A DNA stretch of 64,000 nucleotides from Mobula hypostoma (lineage: Eukaryota): contig NC_086097.1 of assembly GCF_963921235.1 (NCBI RefSeq), forward strand, positions 116,190,001 to 116,254,000, read 5' to 3'. Below, one piece after another: positions 49,893 to 63,952 of the stretch. The first letter of the stretch is position 1, and each line of letters opens with the position of its first letter. Under the pieces are notes generated by a model. It did not search any database. It saw nothing but the letters and a program-made list of their open reading frames with translations, and had not been told where the DNA came from. The position numbers were made by a program, and so were the translations under genes.

Positions 49893-50324
49893 ACCGTTGT
49901 CACTACATTATAAAATGGGTTACAGTGCTTACAGTCCAGTGTTTAAACCATTTTATAATGCTGTTTACATTGTATATACATACTGACATTTATGTATTTA
50001 TGCACATTTTATTCCATATCTGTACTTTAAATATATATTTATATAGTTCTTAATTCTTTATAATAATTGAATGTTGTTTTCTGTTGCATGTCACGCCAAC
50101 ACACCATAGCAAATTTCTGATAAATGTCAATGTATATGGTGAAAATAGTTGATACTTGATCATTGATCATTGATCCTTGAAACTAAAAGCAGAATACAGA
50201 ATACATTTTGTTTTTACCACGGCAACAAATTAAAGGGTGTTCTGAAAGGTCATTCAGTAAAGCAGTGTGTCATGCAATAACGTATGTACACATTTGAAAC
50301 TGAAGTTAACGGATCTCAGTGTAT

Positions 50325-50620
50325 GGGGCGCCATAGCATGACACTATTACAGTTTAGGGCTCCAGAGTTTGGGGTTCAATTCTGGTGCTGTACTGTAAAG
50401 AGTTTGTACATTCTCCCTGTGGAATGCACGAGCTTTCCCTGGGTAATCCAGTTTCCTCTCACAGTCCAAAGACGTACTGGGTATTAGGTTAATTGGCCAT
50501 TGTAAATTGTTCCGTGATTAGGCTAGGACTAATCAGGTCTGTCGGGAGTTGCTGGGGTGGCGTGACTCAGGGGACTAGAAGGGCCTACTTCGCCTTGCCC
50601 TGTTAAATAAATACATAAAT
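50325..50620 (+). mobile_element. HE1/V-SINE-like element
   Basis: B-box-like GGTTCAATTC, V core, CR1-like GAAGGGCCT tail, (TAAA)n end. Confidence 0.8.
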
Positions 50621-51104
50621 TTTTACCTGTATTTCTTTGTGAAACAGAGAAATATTGGCCAGCCAAAAATTAAAACTGCTGGAAACAATCAGCTGGTCAG
50701 TTTGAGATCTGAAAATGTAATGAAAATTCTGTGGCAGTACCGAGCATTCTGAAGAAGGATCGTTTTGCAGTGTCTGCACTGCTATTTCTCAGACTCTGAC
50801 ATATGTACTTAGCATAAAACACAGCATCTCTGATGTTAGAATCCCTTGACAGATACCATCTGACCTGTTTGATATATTTCCAGCTGTTCTGCTTTTTCAA
50901 CATCTTCAATATTTTACTTTTGCATCTATTAAATATCTTTGCAAATTAAAATTGCAGCATATTCCTTTAATGATCAGTGTTGGGATTAAGTTTGTTGACA
51001 GTACTATATCAATAGGTCTCATCTGGATAGTCACCCTGATATTGTAATGATCACAAGCCAGGAAAAGGAAATACATTTTCTTATTTCCTCAGAAGGAATT
51101 ATTT

Positions 51105-51445
51105 AGCAGAATCAGAATAAGGTTTAATATCACTGGCATATGTCAAGAAGTTTGTTAACTTTACGGAAGCAGTAAAATGCAATATATGATGAATAAAAAT
51201 GGAGACAAAACTGAATGACTTTAAGTATATATAGTATATGCCTATTAAATAGTTAAGTTCAAATAAGTAATGTAAAACAAAAATTTTAAAAAATGTGGTG
51301 AGGTAGTGTTCATAGATTCAGTGTCCATTCAGAAATCAGACAGCAGAAGGGAAGAAGCTGTTCCTGAATTGCTGAGTGTGTGCTTTCAGGCTTCTGAGCC
51401 TCCTTCCTGATGGTAACAGTGAGAAGAGGGCATGGCCTGGGTTTT
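51105..51445 (-). mobile_element. Rex/Babar 3' end
   Basis: Similar to 11370-11510 and 1480-1570 (AGGGAAGAAGCTGTTCCTG). Confidence 0.7.
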
Positions 51446-51481
51446 GTGGCAGTACCCGCTTCTCTCAAGAAAAAAGAGGCA

Positions 51482-52110
51482 ATTGAGTGTGCATTTGTGC
51501 TCTTCTGCTGTAGCCCACCACTTCAAGTTTCGATGTGTTGTGCTTTCAGAGATGCTCTTCTGCACACTAATTTAATATGTAGTTATTTGAACTATTGTCA
51601 CCTTCCTGTCAGCTTGAGCCTGTCTGGTCTTTCTCTTCAGACCTATCTCATTAACAAGATGTTTTCATGCACAGAACGTTATCACTCCACGATCAAAGTC
51701 ACTTAGATAATTTTTACCCAGATCAAAGAAGCTTGGGTAAAAGAGGTACTGCTGAAGATCACCCTCTGAGGAAATAAGAGATTTGAGCTGCAGTAAGCAA
51801 AAACCAAAGAGATCTCTTGTATGAAATGGTGTCAGGAGTCAAATCCTCAAATTAGTTCTCTGAAGCACTGTTGACAAGTCAATGGTAACTGGTTCTCCTC
51901 TCAAGGTCAAGGCAAAGCAATATTTATAGTATTGCCGTACACTCGGTGGCCACCAATTAGGTGCATCTCTTTATTAATGCAATTATTTAATCAGCCGATC
52001 ATATGACAGCAACACAATGCATAGAATGCTGTGGGCCAGATCTGAGATGTCGCTGACCCTGGCAAACTGGGAAACAACATATCATCCCCATGTCACTTTG
52101 ACATCTACGG
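51482..52110. mobile_element. Tc1-type fragments (51482-51710 minus; 51940-52030 plus)
   Basis: Family sequence plus terminus TA-CACTCGGTGGCCAC. Confidence 0.7.
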
Positions 52111-52129
52111 AACCTCCTCCTGCACCTCA

Positions 52130-52900
52130 AACTATAGAATCCCCTATCACTACTACACTGCTCTTCTCCCCATTCCCTTCTGCGCCATGGAGCCAGACTC
52201 AGGGCCAGAGACCTGGTTGCTGTAGCTACCCTGCCCCCCCCCACCCACCCCCCCCGTCCCGGTAGAATGTTCCCCCAACTGTATTACTTATTATTGAGAG
52301 GAAACGGTATAGGGTTACTCCACACTGAGGATTTGACTCCTGACACCATTTCATACAAGAGTACCTATTCCTTTTCTCTCTCCTGACAGTCACCCAGGGT
52401 CCTGCCTCCTGCAACATAGGGGTGACTATCTCCTTGTGGCTCCTTTCTATCACCTTTTCATTCTCTACTGGAGCCAAAGGTCATCGTGCTGCAGCTTCAG
52501 TTCCCTATCATGGTTTGTAAGGAGTTGCAGCTATCTACACTTCATGTAGATGTAGTTATCAGGGTGACTGGAGGTCTTCCTGTATTCTCACATCTCACAC
52601 GAAGAACACGCCTCCAACCTTGGACCCATTCTCACTGCATTACGTATGTATTAATAGACAAAGGAAGAAGGTAACTTACTTGAAAACTACTACTAAGAGC
52701 TTTCACCCCTTCTTACCTATGCCTCTTGAGCCAATGCTTGATAATAAACCACTCTAACACTGCCTGCTCACACAATAGCCATTCCCGCAATGATCACTCT
52801 TCTGAAATTAACTTATTTTTGTTTGCCTTCACCAATTTCCCAATAAATCATGATTAATTAAGCCCGCCAAAAAGTCCTGAAAACTCCTGAGCTCTTTTTA
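52130..52900 (-). mobile_element. CR1 5' region/ORF1 fragment
   Basis: IVTPMLQEAGPWVTVRR is CR1 ORF1-like. Confidence 0.7.
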
Positions 52901-54449
52901 AATCTTGCACTGGGCTTCACCAAAACAAGAGACTGGTTGATTTCCAAGTTGCCATAAAACCATACTTGTGACAATTAGATTGACTTTTTGATTGTACCAT
53001 CTTTATTTTGTTTGCTATCCTACAAGACCATGGATGATATAATGCATGATTTGATGTTGGACCTCTCATGACACAAAAACACATTGGGAGGGAGAGTCTA
53101 AGCTTATCAGCATTCTGAAGTGTTGGTGAATGAGTTTTACTCCAATGGCAATTCTGATGTTTACTATTTTTAAAAGTCTAGGAAACTCAGGGAGCTGTTA
53201 TCCCACCTGAACATCAGTTAGTAATGTAGTTCAATACTTCTGTACACACACAAGGAAATCTCTTATCTGCTCTGACAAGAACTGCCATACTAAGGACCAT
53301 TTAGGCAGAGGCTTTTGAGATGACCAAGGTGTAGATGTTTTATGTACTGTGTTTCTTCTGGAATGGAATTGAAGATACTTAGCCTTCCATGCATCGGAAA
53401 TCAGAGCAAAGAGTCACTTAAATTTGAATGGGAAATAGCGGCTCTACAATAGCATGAGATTCGTACTTGCACATTAAAAAGGAACTTCCTTTCTGAAAAT
53501 ATTTCCTTCATTTAGGTCAGGTGACTGAGTATCCAGGTGACAGTCTATGTTTTCCTGCAATTTTCATCACCTGGTTGTCCAACTTTCACAAGGACAAATA
53601 CACAGCTGGTACTGATCACCCCGGAGTTTTCATTTGGTCTTGCAGACTGCGTGTCACTTTTCTGGATGAAGTCACTAGCCCCAGCTCAACTGATTCTAAT
53701 CCTAATCCTCTTTAATCAGAATAACCATAACATTTGAGAGTATCAAAGCATAATACCACTTCATTCTGAGTAACAGTTAGCTTTTAAGCTGCATAATTGG
53801 ATTGTAGTGCAAATCATTTTAATCTGACTGTTTTCATAATCCTAAATTTCTGAAAACTCAAGTAAAGTATCAAGTGGTCAATACGAAGAAGTATTCAGTA
53901 CAGGGCAATGATTTTCTGTATAATTCTTTGAGTGCCAACTACATTTTGGACTGTAGCCGTTACCCTGGTGCGAGTTTCTAAACTGCAATTGGAATGTTAC
54001 ATTCAGTGAGGAGGGAAATAAAAATTAAATCTTCACAATGGATTATTGAAATTATCCACAGAGTATTGTTGATTTTACATATTTAAGCAGTTGTCATACT
54101 GTCACTTTAATGTAAAAACTATAAAGTCAACGTTGATTATCTCTAAGCAAATTATTGTTTATCTTCTTATAATTTAATTTAGTTTAAATTTTCTGATATG
54201 GCAGATATATCCACATATTTATTCCTCTTCCACACACCCCATCTCCTTCCAAACTCATGTTCTCTTCTGATTTATAGATTGCAGGAATGTAAATATACAC
54301 ATTAGTTTTCACCCTTTTATCACCAAAACCTTGCATGGCCTGTAAACTGTAACATGCTATTTTTATTCTGAAATTCCTAATCTGATAAGAATGTGCAGAT
54401 GGACAAAGACCACAAAGATGAAGACATATTATCAAGAGAGGTAGAAGAA

Positions 54450-54760
54450 AGGAAAGATTAGTTTTACTTGTCATGAGTTACATTGAAACATCGAAAAAAA
54501 AACTGTGAAATGTGTCACTTGCATTGACAACCAACACAGTTTGAAGATTGTGTGGGGGCAGCCCCCAAGGGTCACCATGCTTCCAGCCCCAGTATAGTAT
54601 TCCCACAACTCACTAACCCTAACCATATGTCTTTAGAATGTAGGAGGAAATGTGCACCTGGAGAAAACTCATAGAGTCTCTGGGAGAAAGAACAAAACCT
54701 TTACAGACAGTGGTGGGAATTGAACCCTGTTCGGTTATCATTGGTGTGCACAACAAGTGC
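54450..54760 (-). mobile_element. SINE with V core and LINE-like tail
   Basis: GAATGTAGGAGGAAA core and GGGAATTGAACCC (reverse-complement B box). Confidence 0.65.
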
Positions 54761-54994
54761 CATTCACCTCATTTAAGTTCACACTTAGTGTGCATTGCAG
54801 AGAGTGGACAAATTTTATTTGAGAATGCTGGACAGAATATACTTATGGTGAGATGCTGGGCAAGGTCCTAGAGACATATCAATCTTAGAGTTCATGACTA
54901 CAGAAATAGGCCCCATGCCCAGTGAATCCAACATCTGGAAAAAAAAACAAAATTAATAAACTCTCTTTATAGGTGGATGTATAACATGTAACCT

Positions 54995-55703
54995 ACAGTC
55001 GGTGGCTAATTTATTAGGTGCACTTGCACACCTGCTCATTAATGCAAATATCAAATCAGCCAATTATGTGGCAGCAACTCAATGCACAAATGCAAGCCGA
55101 CATGGTCAAGAGTTTCAATTGTTGTTTAGACCAAACAGCAGAATGGGGAAGAACTTTGACTTGAGTGATTTTGACCGTGGAATGATATTTGGTGCCAGTT
55201 GGGGTGCTTTGAGTGTCTCAGGAACTACTTATCTGCTGGGATTTCCATGTGCAATTGTCTCTAGAGGTTACAGAGAATGGCAGTGGAAACAAACAAAAAG
55301 TCCTGTGGTGAAAATGATTTGTTGATGAGAGAGGCCAGAAGAGAATGGCCAGACTGGTTCAAGCTGACAGGAGGGTGACAGTAGCTTAAGTAACCACACA
55401 TTGTAAAAACAGAAGAGCATATCTGAATGCACAATGCATTGAAACTTGAAATGGTTCCCATTTCCATTTCAGTTCTGAAGAAGAGTTTCGGCCCAAAACT
55501 TCAACTTTTATTCTTTTTCATAGATGCTGCCTGACCCGCTGAGTTTCTCCAGTTTTTTTGTGTGTGTTGTTTTGGTTTCCCAGCATCTGCAGACTTCCTC
55601 GTGTTTATGAATCTTGAGGTGGATGTGCTACAGAAGCAGAAGACCACACTGGGTTCCACATCTGTGGCAAGACTCCTGTACCTAGTAAAAAGGCCACTAA
55701 GTG
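54995..55703 (+). mobile_element. Tc1-type non-autonomous element containing a Penelope-end insertion (about 55450-55610)
   Basis: TA-flanked degenerate TIRs; MGKNFDLSDFDRGMIFGA HTH remnant; insert carries ATAGATGCTGCCTGACCCGCTGAG. Confidence 0.85.
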
Positions 55704-56224
55704 TATATCTAATCTATAATTCTGGGATGAACTTTTCATTCCCCTTGGGTGATGAAGAATGAATCAAAGGTTCATCCTCCTACTGTATAACAGCATACAC
55801 TGTTCTGACACTAATTAAACATCTCTTTCCAAAAAGATGTCTGAAGTATGATGTCAACTTCTCCTAATGATGCAGTTAGTATTCCCGTATATGAATGTGA
55901 TTGTGGAGTTCATGCAAACTGCTAGGCAATCCACAATTTACTCCAGCCATTGTCATACATGGTCAATAGATAAAATGTTACCAAAGACTGGAATTGTTTC
56001 ACTTGTCAGCACTCCCATCCATTTGATGGCAGTCCAAAAATAAACCAGGGTAAAAACATGATTGGAATCAACAAAATATAAGTAATACTAAAAAGATAGT
56101 TGTCCTTTGAGGAGGTTAGTAAACTCACAGGTTTATTAAGGTGAAGGAATTTGACTGACAGTTAATTGATTAGTGTTATTAAGGCTTACAAACTTAAGAC
56201 TAAAATATAACCGACTTTTAATAA

Positions 56225-58812
56225 CACAAGATGAATCATGGCTGAAAGAAGATTAGAGCTGGGAGCTTAATGTCCAAGGATACACATTGTATTGAAAGGA
56301 TAGGTGGGAAGGCAGCATTGCTCTGCTGGTAAAAAATGAAATCAAATCATTAGAAAGAGGTGACATTAGGGCAGAAGGTGTTGAATCATTGTATATAGAA
56401 CTAAGGAACTTCAAGGGTAAAAAGACCCTGGTGGGAGTTGTATACAGACTTCCAAACAGTAGTAAGGATGTGGCCTAAAAGTTACAATGGGAGATAGAAA
56501 ATGCAAAAAGGGCAATTTTACAATAGTCCTGGGGAGCTTCAATATGCAGGTTGATTGAAAAAAATCAGGTTGGTGTGGTTTCCAAAAGTGGGAATTTCTA
56601 GGATGCCTACAACATGGCTTTTTAGAGCAGCACGTGGTTGAGCCCACGAGGGGTTCAGCTATTCTGGATTGGGTGTTGTACAATGAACCAGGATTGATTA
56701 GAGAGATTACCATAAAGGAACCCTGATCGGAAAGTGATCATAATATGATCAAATTCATCCTGAGCTTTGAGAAGAAGCTAAAGGCAGGTGTATAAGTATT
56801 ACATGAGTAAAGGGAATTACAGAGGCATGAGAGCGGAGTTGGCCAGAATTGATTGCAAAAGAACACTGGCAGGGATGATGGCAGAGCAGCAACAGCTGGA
56901 ATTTCTGGAAGCAATTCAGAAGGCACAGGATATATATATCCCCAAGAGGAAAAAGTATTCTAAAAAAAAAGACTTAACAGTGGCTAACAAGAAAAGACAA
57001 AACCAGCATAAAAGCCAAAGAGTGCAAATAATACAGCAAAATATTAGTGGCAAGTTAGAGGATTTGAAAGCTTTTAAAAACCAACAGAAGGCATCTAAAA
57101 AGTCATTAAGAAGGTAAGGATGGAATACAAATTAAGCTAGCCCATAATATTATTGAGGATACCAAACGTTTCTTCAGATACTTAAATGTGAAAGAGAGGC
57201 GAAAATGGATATTGGACCACTGGAAAACAATGCTGGAGAGGTAGTAATAGGAGGCAACAAAATAGTGGATGAACTGAAGAAGTATTTTACATCAGTCTTC
57301 ACTGTGGAAGGAAGTCACTAGCAGTAAGGTGGAAATTCCAGATGTCATGGTCATGAAGTGTGTGAAGTTACTAAAATTATAGAGAATATTCTTGGGAAAC
57401 TGAAAGGTCTGAAGGTAGATAAGTCAGCTGGACCAGATGGTGTACACCCCAGGATTCTGAAAGAGGTGGCTGACGAGATTATGGAGGCATTAGTAATGAT
57501 CTTTCAAGAATCACTGGATAATGGAATGGTTTGGAAGACTGAAAAATTGCAAATGTCACTCCACTCTTCAAGAAGGAAGAGAGGGAGAAGAAGTAGCAAG
57601 CAGGATAGACAAAGGAGAATCGGTTGATATTGTGTACTTGAATTTTCATAAAGCCTTTGACTAGCTGCCACGTATTGGTGCTTAACAACCTATGAACCTA
57701 TGGTATTACAGGAAAGATTCTAGCAAAAAGCGGTGGCTGATTGGCAGGAGGCAAGGAGTGAGAATAAAGTGAGCCTGTTTTGGTTGGCTGACCGTGACTG
57801 CAGGTGTTCCAAAGAGGTTGTGTTGGGACTGATTGTTTTACAATATATGTCAATGATTTGGATGAGGGAATTGATTGCTTTGTGGCAAAGTATACAGAAG
57901 ATAAGAAGATAAGTGGAGGGACAGGTAGTTTTGAGGAAGAAGAGAGGCAACAGAGGGACTTAGATTAGGAGAATGGGCAAAGAAATAGCAGATGGAAACT
58001 CAGTGTCGGGAAGCGTACGGTCATGTACTTCATTAGAAGAAATGAATAGGTTGACAGTTTTCTAAATGGAAAGAAAATACAAAAAAAAAGAGGTGAGAAG
58101 GGACTTTGGAGTCTTTGTGCAGGATTCCCTAAATGTTAATATGCAGGTTGAGTCTGTGGTGAAGAAGGCAAATGCATTGTTATCGTTAATTTCCCGAAGA
58201 CTGGAATACAAAAGCAAGGATGTAATGTTGAGACTTTATAAAGTACTGGTGAGGCTTCACTTGGAGTTTTTTGAACAGTTTTTGGCCCTGTATCTTAGAA
58301 AGGATGTGCTGAAACTGGAGAGGGTTCAAAGGAGATTCATGAAAATGATTCCAAGATTGAACGGTTTGTTATACGAAGAGTGTTTAATAGGGCCTGTATT
58401 CAGTAGAATTCAGATGAATGAGGAGTGATCCAATCATAACCTATGGAATGGTGAAAGGCCTTGATTGAGTGAATGTGGAGAGGATGTTTCCTTTGGTGTG
58501 AGAGTCTAAGACCAGAGGACACAGCCTCAGAATAGGGGGTCATCCTTTTAGAACAGAGATGAGGAGGAATTTCTTTAGGCAGAGAGTGGTGAATCTGTAG
58601 AATTATTTGCTGAAGGCAGCTGTGGAGGCCAAGCCTTTATGTATATTTAAGGTCGAGGATGATAGATTCTTGATTGATCAGGGCATGAAGGGATATGGGA
58701 AGAAGGCAGGAGATTGGGGCTGAGAGGGAAATGGATCTACTGATGGAATGGCAGAGCAGGTTCGAAAGGCCAAATGACCTAATTCTGCTCCTATATCTTA
58801 TGGTCTTATGGT
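56225..58812 (+). mobile_element. CR1 ORF2 (EN-RT), degraded and internally deleted
   Basis: SDHN endonuclease motif near 56735, KSAGPDGVHPRILKE, LYKVLVRLHLE, 3' tail (TCTTATGG)n. Confidence 0.93.
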
Positions 58813-59489
58813 CAACTTAAGAATCATGAACAATCTGATCTATTACAAGAACTTTTTATCCTGTAAGGGCACCAAATGTTTAATTGCTGATGAAACAGGA
58901 TACTTCATTGCTGAGAAAATGAGTTGAGAACCAATTATTCCTTTATCTTTATGCAAGTAGTATTCTTAAATTCTGATTTCTGCTTTAGTCTCCAATATTC
59001 AAATTACATAGCAATGTTGACACAGTAGTTTGCTTCATTTCAAGCTTATTATGCAGCTTTCATCAGTCAGAGAACATAGTAAGCATTATATCTGGCCTAG
59101 TCTTTGCCGTAAAATAATTAATAAGCAGAAAATAAATTCAGAAACTTCCATTAGTCCTTTATTATTTCATTATTTATTTGCTTAGAAAGTGCCAATGTTG
59201 CTAGAGTGTCTCAACAAGCTTTTGTTATTTACACTTACAATACAGAACACTTTTTTGCTTCTTTTTTAAGCACGTTTCAACTTTAGCACTGCTCTATTGA
59301 CCCTATCTGCCTTTAGTATTTTTTTTGTCATTTGATTCAACATTTGAGAATCAAGATTTTCTATTATTATTCTTCAATACACAGGTGTAAAGGAAAATAA
59401 AATTATTTTACTGTGGGTCTGATGCAGCATAGGAAATCAAAATAAGCATAAAGAACATAAGAAAAAACATAGTAAATATAAATAGAAAG

Positions 59490-61340
59490 TTAAAAATTCC
59501 TAACTTGAAAAGGATGCACATGACAGCTATAGACAGCTGGCATTTAGCAAATCCTGCAAGGAGTATAAGAGATTTAGAAGTGAATTTAAGAGGGAAATCA
59601 GGAGGACAAGAAGAGAACTTGAGATATCTCTGGCAGGTAAGGTAAAAGAGATTCTACAAGTATATTAAGAGCAAAAGATTACTAGGGAGAGTGTGGGTCC
59701 CTTAATGATCGTTGTAGTCATCTGTGCATGGAGCCACAAGGGATCTTAAATGAATATTTACCACGAAGGTCATGTAAGCTAACAATGAAGAATATAGAGA
59801 ATGCTGTCTTAGATGCTATCCACATTACAAAAGAAAAAGTGCTGGCGGGCATGAAGTATATTAAAGTGGACCAATCCCCCAAGCCTGAGCAAGTATAACC
59901 CTGGGAATTGTGAGAAGCTAGAGAAGAATTTTTGGGGACTCCAGCAGAGATATTTGCACTTCCTTGGTGAGGCCCCAGAAGACTGGAGGGTGCTTACACT
60001 GTGCCTTTATTTATGAAGGACTGCAAGAATAGGCCATGCAGTTACAGTTTAACATCAAACATGGGAAAGCTCCTGGATTCTGATGGACAGGATCTGATAA
60101 CATTTAGAAAGGCAAGGACTAATCAGGGAATGTCAGCATTGCATTGCCAATAGGAAATGACATTTAATGAATTCGATAGAACTGTTTGAAGTGGTGATCC
60201 AGAAGACTGGTGAGGATAGGAAGATAGGGAAATCCTTTGATAATGTCTCACACGATAAGCTGGTCTGGAAGGTTAAATCACATGGACTCTTTGACGAGCT
60301 TTCCAATTGGATACAAAATTGGCTTGGTGGAAAGAGGAAAAGGGTGCTATTGGATGCTTATTTCTCATACTGCAAGCCTACAACCAGTGGTATGCCACAG
60401 TGATGAGTAATGATTCCAATGGTGTTTATAAAAATTTGGATGACAGTGTTTGTAGGATTGCAGATGACACCATTGAAGAGGTGGACAGTGAAGAGAGTTA
60501 CCAAAGTTTACAAATAGATGTAGACCACTTCGGAAAACAAGCTAGAGATAGGCTAATGGAACTTAACTTGAACAAGTACCAGGTGTTGTAAAATGGTAAG
60601 TTAAACCAAGGTGGGACTTATGCAGTAATTGGTAATGACATGGAGCTTGTTTTGAATGGACAGACCCAGAGGATAAGAATATAGTTGCCTGAAATTGGCT
60701 ACCCGAGTAGACAAAGTGGCTGATGTCATGCATGCCTTTATTGCTCAATGCATTGGGTATAGGAGTTAGGGTGTCATGTTACAGTTTACAATATATTGGT
60801 GAGAGACCATGTTTGAAATACTATGTGCATTTCTGGTCATTTGGGTGTAGGAAAAATACAATTAAGCTAGAGAGGGGAGAGGAAAGATTCACATGAGTGT
60901 TACTGACTAGAGGGCTTGAGGCTTACGAAGAGATTGGATAGGCGGATTGTTTCTTTTTCCTGGAAGACAGGAGGCTTGGGGCTCATCTTGTAGAAAATTC
61001 TAAAACCATTAGAGACATAGATTGGGTAGACCATCACCATCTATTCTCTATTCTAAACCTAGAGGGCATAGGTTTACGGTGAGAAAGAAGGCTTTGGAAA
61101 GGATGGGGGGGGGCTACTGTTTGATATAGAGTGTGGTAAGTACACAGAATGAGCTGCCAGGAGAAATAGTCGCGGCTTATGTAATTACAATGCTTAAAAG
61201 ACATTTGGACAGAATACGGATAAGAAGGGTTCAGAGGGATTTGGGCCAAATGTGGGGAAATCAGACCAGTTCAAGTAGATCCACATGGTTGCCAATGGAT
61301 CAGCTGGGGTCAAAGGGTCTGTGTCCAAGCTGCATAGCTA
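59490..61340 (+). mobile_element. Old CR1 ORF2 fragment
   Basis: KSFDNVSHDKLV, WIQNWL and IADDT remnants with many stops. Confidence 0.85.
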
Positions 61341-61344
61341 TGCA

Positions 61345-61577
61345 GTTACTCCTGCCGCTGCCTGTAGGAGTTTGTACGCTCTCCCTGTGACCGCATGGGT
61401 TTCCTCCAGGTGCAACAGTTTCCTCCCACAGTCCAAAACTATGCCGGTTGGTAGGTTAGATGGTGATTGTAAATTGTCCAGTGATTAGGTTAGGGTTAAA
61501 TCAGGGGTTGCTGGGCATCTTGGCTTGAAGGGCTGGAAGGGCCTGTTCTGTGCTGTATCTCAGTAAATAAATAAATT
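61345..61577 (+). mobile_element. HE1/V-SINE-like element
   Basis: GTTTCCTCCCACAGTCCAAA core, CR1-like tail, (TAAA)n. Confidence 0.85.
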
Positions 61578-63379
61578 ATGGCTAATCACAACCTTTCAGC
61601 TAAAAAAAGAGTTGCTTATTCCAGCTACAGTATCTCCTACATAACACTAATCTTCAGTCCCTTCTAACATACATCCCTTTACACCATGAGCTTATATCCT
61701 GTGCACACTACGATCTGAATTGCCTAAACTGTAGGCAAGATTATTTTTTTCACCAGAAACATGGAACCTTTTATATAACAGCACACTCTCAACGTTACAC
61801 GGAAGTGTTAATCTGGAAGCCATGGAATGGATAATTTATTAAAGTTCACACTGATGCTCTTTCATTTAAAACTTTAATATCTATACATTATCCTTCATGA
61901 TACCAGAGTATGGCAGGTCATTCAAATTCAGGGTAATCATATAAGCCTTTGCTAAGATTTTATATTTAACTTTGTTACACCAATTTAGTCCAATCAGTTG
62001 CCTCTATTTGCATTTATTAAACGAAACCCAAATTCTCCAAATGTGCTGGCTTCATATTTTATTTTTAACCCGAAGAATAGTCAAGTAATTGATGTTTGAT
62101 TAATAATTACAACAAAGTATCAAGTAAGGAAGTGATCTAAATTGCAGGAGACTTACTGAGTATTTAGAATCCATACACTTCATGTCTATTTTGATTACAG
62201 TGTTCCTATTTACCAAATACAATGATATTCATAAACAAAATCTGTCTAGCATTACCTCATATACTTAATACTTTTTCTTTCATTTTGAATGAAGCCATGA
62301 ATGAAATTTTGTCTTACCTATTATTACATTAATCTTGTTGATTTAAAGCATCTGTGCTTGGTGCCTCTGCTCCTTAAAATATCAAATAAAACCTTTATGA
62401 GACTACACCTGTTTTCATTTTAAAGTCTTTGCAAACATCAGAAAATTCATATTGCTCTCATTTACTATGCATTGAACAAGGCTTTATTAACAACCTCTCC
62501 GGATGCAGGATTTCATCCTTTAGCACACCTGCTATTCATTCAGGAAACAAATTCCTGTCCCAATCTGTGTAAGAATCGATTTGCCCTGTCACTGAAGGGT
62601 GATTACAGGAAGGATGGAGTGATGAATCAGCCTCTAAAAATAGTTGCCATAGGCTTTCATTGTGTTTGCTGATACCTACTCCAGGGGCTTCACCCATCCC
62701 TGCTGCAGAATCCACTGGCAGCAACATTACAGGGCTAGCTTTCCATGAGGAAAAAAAGTCTTCAAAATTTGCTTAATTTAATCACTGTCAGCATTAACCT
62801 TAATGAAAGCTGAAAGCTTACTTTGTAATATGAAATATCCACTAATTTCAACAAGAAACCGATGAATTATTGCCTTAATAGGCCACATATTGTTTAAATG
62901 ATCTATCTTGGCAGATGAAGTTGATGTCGAAAAGAAACTGTATTTTATTTATATGATGCTAATGAAAATCCTATGCTTCCACCAGTGTTACTTGACTGAT
63001 TTTCTTTTGCTGCACTTTGGTAATTATCATTTCATCTCTTGCAGGGCTTCTGACTATATTAAACAAAGTGCCTACTTAGGTCTGAATTACAATGGACAAC
63101 TGGTCCATTGAAGTGTTGATGCATCACCATCTGATCTAAATGATTTAGTTTAGACATATTAGGGTTGCTCTAATTTAGAACAGGATGAACGTGTCAGGGG
63201 CAAGGAAGCAGGTGGCACTCAAATGAGGAGAGATTGGAGTGGAGCGCGGCCAATTTGTATGCTCAAGCCTCATTACTACCTAACAATGCAGACTGCCACT
63301 GAATCTGCCAGGACTGATGAAGTAATTGGCAGATATAATTAGGATTTAAGGACCCCAGGGAATAGATATTGCTATATAA

Positions 63380-63952
63380 TAGGACTATAAGATATAGGAG
63401 CAGAACTAGGCCATTTGGCCCCTCAGGTCTCTTCCACCATTCCATCTTGGCTGGTTCATTATCCCTCTCAACGTTATTCTCCCGCCTTCTCCCTGCAACT
63501 CTTGATACCCTTACTAATCAAGAACCTATCAAACTCTGCTTTAAATATGTCCGTTGACTTAGCCTCCACAGCCGTCTGTAGCAATGAATTCCACAGAGTG
63601 ACCACCCTCAGGATAAAGACGTTCTTCCTCATCTCTGTTTTAAATGGACATCCCTTGTATTCTGAGGTTGTGCCCTCTGGTCCCAGGCTCCCCCACTACA
63701 GGAAACAAACTCTCCAAGTCCATTGTACAAAAGACTTCCCATGATCGCTAGGTTTCAATGAGATCACCCTTCATTCTCCTAAACTCCAACGAGTATAGGC
63801 CCAGAACCAACAAATGTTCCTCATATATTAACCCCTTCATTCCCATGGACTGCCTCTAGGCCCTCTGTAATGTCAACGTATCCTTTCTTAAGTAAGAGAC
63901 TAAATCCGCTCATAATTCTCAAAGTGCAGTCTGACCAATGCTTTATGAAGCC
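63380..63952 (-). mobile_element. CR1 3' fragment
   Basis: Similar to 34915-35500 in the same orientation. Confidence 0.9.

Larger units (their letters stand above)
47965..50180 (+). mobile_element. Rex/Babar 3' fragment split by a DNA transposon
   Basis: IIADTSHP...GKRCR remnant at 47995-48070; AT-rich 3' UTR and (TTGATCA)n tail at 49895-50180. Confidence 0.6.

Noticed and set aside
53514..53715. Possible terminal exon (acceptor TTCATTTAG plus 64-aa ORF)
   Set aside because: No recognisable protein similarity and no supported upstream exon; the length is within chance expectation.
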